Positions 59,941 to 64,000 of a DNA stretch of 64,000 bases are shown here, piece by piece. The notes beneath the pieces were generated by a model, which saw only the letters and a list, made by a program, of their open reading frames with translations, ran no database searches and had not been told where the DNA came from. This DNA comes from Candidatus Bathyarchaeota archaeon. Its GTDB lineage: Archaea > Thermoproteota > Bathyarchaeia > Bathyarchaeales > Bathycorpusculaceae. The DNA is taken from assembly GCA_963702095.1 (NCBI GenBank), contig OY969706.1, forward strand, positions 2,336,001-2,400,000. The letters are read 5' to 3'. The first letter of the stretch is position 1, and each line of letters begins with the position of its first letter. The translations under genes and the position numbers were made by a program.

Positions 59941-61032
59941 TTAAAGCGCGTTTGCTTCCTTCTCAACTGTGTAGAGCAACGCGGTTTCCCCCAGAATCAG
60001 CATTGTATCGTCCTCCTGCAAGGTGAAGCTGGGGTCAAAGAGGTTAGTTACCACTTTGCCATCCCTGATTACGCCGATGACTGAGCCGTACTTGGAGATT
60101 TCCTGCAAGCCCTTACCGATTAATGGCGAAGATTTGAAGATGGTGAATTCAGCGATCTCTTTGGCCCCGATTTTCTCGGAGAAAACAATCCCCACCAAGC
60201 CTTTGGTTACGGCTGAGAGAGCCAAAAGATGCCCCACCGTCACTGAGTCGGGGATAACCATACTTGCGCCTGCCTCTTTGGCGGTGTCGACTAAGGTGGG
60301 GTCATGGACGACGGTGATGATACGGACGTCTCTGCGGACTTTTCGTGTGGTTAGAAGGATTAGCATGTTTTCTGCGTCTTGCTCATGTGCGATGACTACC
60401 ATGGAGGCTTGGTCGATGCCGGCTGCTTTTAGGGCTTCTATGGGTTGGGTTTCGTATTCGAGCACAACGAATATGTTTCGTTTGAGCAGTTCGTTGTAGG
60501 TGTTGGGGTCTTTAGTCATGATGACATAGTCGAAGCCTAACTCTTCGAGTTTCTCCGAAACATACTTGCCCAAGTGGCTGTAGCCGAACACGACCACGTG
60601 TTTTCTTAGCCTCTTCATTAGCTGTCTTTGGGCTTCGCTTTTTGCAAGTTTACCATCAACCAACATGCTGACCATACTCTGAACTATCGACGCTAACGCT
60701 CCCACCGATATGATAATCAACACTATTAAAAGCACTGCTTCAGTGGAGTTTATGGTAAAAAAGTTGCCACCGTTAGGAATGAACATGCCGATGGTGGTTA
60801 TCGTAGAAACCGAAGCCAAAAATGCGCCTACAGGAGGCAAATGGTCATAAACGTAGAAGATCCCAGCGCCGAAAACAAACATGGCTGCAAGCACAAGCAC
60901 CTGCCGATAAACAGCTTTTACGAAGGCTATGGGGCCGTAGAAGGCTTGGTAGAAAGCGAAGCTGAATTTTCGGGTTTGCTTGTGTACGCGCCCTTTGGCG
61001 TGGCGCCCGAAAATAACTTCGTCTTCATTCAT
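59941..61032 (-). CDS. Potassium channel-like protein with TrkA-N/C (RCK) domains
   Basis: TM-pore(TITTIG)-TM, then HVVVFGYSHLG RCK domain. Confidence 0.85.
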   Translation of the reverse strand: MNEDEVIFGRHAKGRVHKQTRKFSFAFYQAFYGPIAFVKAVYRQVLVLAAMFVFGAGIFYVYDHLPPVGAFLASVSTITTIGMFIPNGGNFFTINSTEAVLLIVLIIISVGALASIVQSMVSMLVDGKLAKSEAQRQLMKRLRKHVVVFGYSHLGKYVSEKLEELGFDYVIMTKDPNTYNELLKRNIFVVLEYETQPIEALKAAGIDQASMVVIAHEQDAENMLILLTTRKVRRDVRIITVVHDPTLVDTAKEAGASMVIPDSVTVGHLLALSAVTKGLVGIVFSEKIGAKEIAEFTIFKSSPLIGKGLQEISKYGSVIGVIRDGKVVTNLFDPSFTLQEDDTMLILGETALLYTVEKEANAL

Positions 61033-61128
61033 CGATTTAACTTCCGCTGTTAGGCTTTTTGGTTTAATTGATTACGCTATTAGATAACGGTTCCTGTTTT
61101 CTGACGCTAAACACGGCTTGTTTGACTT

Positions 61129-63999
61129 TTAAGGTGGCTTTTGGAATTTTACGTAAACTTCGACATTAACAGTTACCGCACTCTGCCCAGTGAAATCCGA
61201 CAAGTTCCCTGCCCATTTAGGGGTAGAATCCGCCGTGAACCCGACAGTTTCTGAGATGCCACGCCACAATAGTGCTTTGTCGTAGTCTCGGGCGTCTTGG
61301 GGCATAAACTCGAAGATGCTGCGGCTGGCGACGATGACAAGTTTCTTCTTCATGCGGCTAATCGCGACGTTGATGCGGTTTAGGTTGAGGAGGAAATCGC
61401 TTTCACTACGCACATAGTCGGGATCGCTAACACAGGAAGAGATTATGATGAAATCGGCTTCTCCGCCCTGATAACGCTCCACAGTGTCAACACGGGCGTT
61501 TTTGCAGCCTTCGCCGAGCCTGTTTTTAAGCAGCCCCTTCTGGGCGTTATGGGGAGTTATGACGCCGATGTTTTCGGCGACAGCGTTTTTGACGAGCGCC
61601 TGCACAATCTCGGCTTCGACAAGGTTAGATTGAAAACTCTCAGCTTCATCATGCACTATTAGGACAAACACGTTTTCAGGCGCCAACGCAGTCGCTAAAC
61701 CATCCGTGCCCGCTTTAGTCGGCGCTAACGTCTGTTTCTGGTCAGAGCGGAAATCAATGCCGTCCTTCTCATACACCCATTCCTTGAGGAAGTCGGCGAC
61801 GACAGAGTGGCAACGGTGGCTTTCACAGAGCCGAACCGCAGGAATATCCGCCTCGTAATCGCGTTTTATGCGTTCGATGCCGAGGTCTTCTTTACGGAGC
61901 AGCCGCAGGAAATCCATTGCTGAGAGAAAAGACGCCATTTCTTCGAGGGTTCGGCGGTCTTCTTTTTCCCAGTTATGCGCCACAATCGGGGGCAGTTGGC
62001 GGTGGTCGCCGGCGACTATGATTTGGCTGTTTTTGGATAGGAAGCTGCCTGAGAGGATGAGTTCGGGAAGCCGCATCATGCTGGCTTCATCAACCACTAG
62101 CAAATCGAAGTAGCCTTCGCCCCACGGAGGCTCCTTGTCGCCGATCTTCTTCATCAACCCGTAGAGTCCCGGCGGGGTGAGGCACAGCACAAGCGGCGCG
62201 GAGGCGGCGGCGCTTGACACCAGCGTTGCCTGATTCATCAAGCAATCCGTCAACTCCTTCACGGTTTCGACGTCTTCGTTGTAGTTGAAGTATTTGACGC
62301 CTTCAAGCGGCGGAGTCAACGCGGCATCACTGCTCAAGACACGGTAGATATGGAGGTCTTTTAAGTCCACTCCGCCCTGCGAAGTGTATTCCTGCAAGCA
62401 CCTTGCGAGTTTAGCAACGAATTCCTGGATGGCTTTATGGGTTGGCGCAACCATCAACACCCGGCAGCGTGAATGGGCTCGGTGAGCGGCAATGTGGGCG
62501 AGGACTGCAAGTTGGAGGGTTTCGGTTTTTCCTGTACCCGGCGGACCCTGCAGCATAACGATGGGTTCTTTGCCAAACACCCGGTCAACTAGGAGTTTCT
62601 GTTCAGCTTTGGGTCTCAGGTGCCTCTTCTCTACCCAGCTGAGGAATGCGGTGGCGCCGTCTTTTGGCAATGCTGTATGTGTTGAGCCGCCGGTTTTACC
62701 TGCCAAAAAATCCGCCAGCAAACAATAAAGCACGTTGTTGGCTGCGTAATCTAGGCATTTGGCTGCGCGGTCAGAAATGATGTCGTCGGCTAAGTCGTCG
62801 AGGATATAGTAACGTCCCGGCTCGAAGAGTTGCATGTACTTGTTTTTGGCTTTCTCTGGGTCAGTGGTTGGGAGGTTATGCCATGCGCTGTATTTACTGC
62901 CCTTGCCCCTTGGCCAACTAATTATTTTAACCACAACTTCAAGCTTAGGCACATCCACCCGCTCAACGATGGCACGCGCCGATTTTTCCACTTCGCCAGG
63001 TGAGCGTTTCTCGGTTTCTTCAAACTGTCCCTGCCCGTTACGCGTCAACTCGGTAACGACCATCCAGTCGCCTGAACTGGAGCCGTCTGAGCCTTTGACT
63101 CTGCAGGCGTTGGCAACGCAGTCAGCCTTAGGCAACCCAATGCCCTCATAGATGAGTTTGCCCCTGACGATGAACTCCTTTTCTAACTCGTCCACTCTGG
63201 TACACTGGAAAATCACTGATCTCCCTGAGGCGACGCGTTGGTAGGGTAGCATAGCGTAATGCTGATACATTTCCTGGCGTTTGGAAAAGTATTCGAGGTC
63301 AAGGAATTCTCGGCAACTGCGCTCCAAGGTGGTGGCGCCGAGGCTAAACTCGCTGATTTTGGGGACCACTATGGGTTTTTTGCCTAGGCGACGGTTGCGG
63401 ATGGTTAGTGACCGCTCGATTTGCTCGAGTGCTATGCAGATTTTTGTGCCCATCAAGTTGAGCTCTTCATCGGTTATTCGACGGGTTTTTTGGGTGTAGT
63501 CGCACCATTTGCGTTTGTCGAGGAGAATTTTGGCTGGACCTTTGACCTGTTCAAAGTTGTCGAGGCGGCCTTTGGCACCCCAGAGGTACTCAATTGGCAG
63601 TTGATTGCCGAAGCGGGCGCGGGCTGGGTAATAGCCGTCGCTGGTTCCCCCTTTGAGAAAGCCTATGGCGCCGTCTGGTTTTCGATGGAAAGGCAATGAG
63701 TAATTGAATAAGCCGTCGCGGAAAACCATGGCTAAATCGACGATTGAACCATCCTTGCGTTTTACCCGCCATTGTCCCCGGTCAAAAAAGCAGGCTTGAT
63801 CCAGAAGCGGCAGCAACCCCGAACTATGATAGCGCAAAGCTTTACGGTGAACTACTTCGTCTTGGAGGATGGAGAACATGGGTTGGTCGATGGCTTGTCG
63901 CAATCCCAAGAGGTCACGGACCGCTTGGGCGCTTATGAGTGAGGGTTGGCGGCAGACGGTTTTCATGAGTACGTCGCGTTCTTGGCGGCTGAAAAAGTA
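61129..63999 (-). CDS. Large SF1B (DNA2/NAM7/Upf1-like) helicase, 5' end outside the window
   Basis: QGPPGTGKT, DEAS, GDHRQLPP, TPHNAQ, TVERYQG, RINVAISR; frame open to the window edge. Confidence 0.88.
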   Translation of the reverse strand, partial: YFFSRQERDVLMKTVCRQPSLISAQAVRDLLGLRQAIDQPMFSILQDEVVHRKALRYHSSGLLPLLDQACFFDRGQWRVKRKDGSIVDLAMVFRDGLFNYSLPFHRKPDGAIGFLKGGTSDGYYPARARFGNQLPIEYLWGAKGRLDNFEQVKGPAKILLDKRKWCDYTQKTRRITDEELNLMGTKICIALEQIERSLTIRNRRLGKKPIVVPKISEFSLGATTLERSCREFLDLEYFSKRQEMYQHYAMLPYQRVASGRSVIFQCTRVDELEKEFIVRGKLIYEGIGLPKADCVANACRVKGSDGSSSGDWMVVTELTRNGQGQFEETEKRSPGEVEKSARAIVERVDVPKLEVVVKIISWPRGKGSKYSAWHNLPTTDPEKAKNKYMQLFEPGRYYILDDLADDIISDRAAKCLDYAANNVLYCLLADFLAGKTGGSTHTALPKDGATAFLSWVEKRHLRPKAEQKLLVDRVFGKEPIVMLQGPPGTGKTETLQLAVLAHIAAHRAHSRCRVLMVAPTHKAIQEFVAKLARCLQEYTSQGGVDLKDLHIYRVLSSDAALTPPLEGVKYFNYNEDVETVKELTDCLMNQATLVSSAAASAPLVLCLTPPGLYGLMKKIGDKEPPWGEGYFDLLVVDEASMMRLPELILSGSFLSKNSQIIVAGDHRQLPPIVAHNWEKEDRRTLEEMASFLSAMDFLRLLRKEDLGIERIKRDYEADIPAVRLCESHRCHSVVADFLKEWVYEKDGIDFRSDQKQTLAPTKAGTDGLATALAPENVFVLIVHDEAESFQSNLVEAEIVQALVKNAVAENIGVITPHNAQKGLLKNRLGEGCKNARVDTVERYQGGEADFIIISSCVSDPDYVRSESDFLLNLNRINVAISRMKKKLVIVASRSIFEFMPQDARDYDKALLWRGISETVGFTADSTPKWAGNLSDFTGQSAVTVNVEVYVKFQKPP

Positions 64000-64000
64000 G

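Noticed and set aside
1-64000. tRNA, rRNA, integrase or transposase genes
   Set aside because: No cloverleaf/T-loop signatures in the intergenic gaps and no recombinase motifs recognised by eye; tRNAscan-SE/Infernal would be definitive

Overview
Archaeal chromosomal segment, probably Bathyarchaeia (inferred from the archaeal AroA'/AroB' pathway, GHMP-type AroK, RPA, archaeal Hsp20, and expanded PQQ-propeller and 'PSVP(E/Q)FTV' surface-protein families). Most of the window is an amino-acid biosynthesis supercluster. It comprises methanogen-type homocysteine genes, a 12-gene aspartokinase/aro/tyr operon, ilvB-ilvN then leuCDBA-pheA, argGH-carAB, and thrC-hom-lysC. Surface proteins, a VapBC pair, transporters and a partial SF1 helicase are interspersed. 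The top observation is an unannotated 29-codon leader ORF (18878..18967, MTSKEAKSSIRKWQFHSFDYGFYYYGYFP) directly upstream of the aromatic operon. Ten of its last 17 codons are Trp/Phe/Tyr, and it is followed by a hairpin enclosing a U6 tract next to the first gene's SD. This makes it a candidate ribosome-dependent attenuator in an archaeon. Other observations: a structured uORF leader before ilvB, two families of dispersed intergenic repeats, several genes that appear to start at ATA/ATT, an orphan PEF-CTERM-like tail, and six single-base frameshifts that look like sequencing errors. No tRNA, rRNA, CRISPR array or transposase was recognised.
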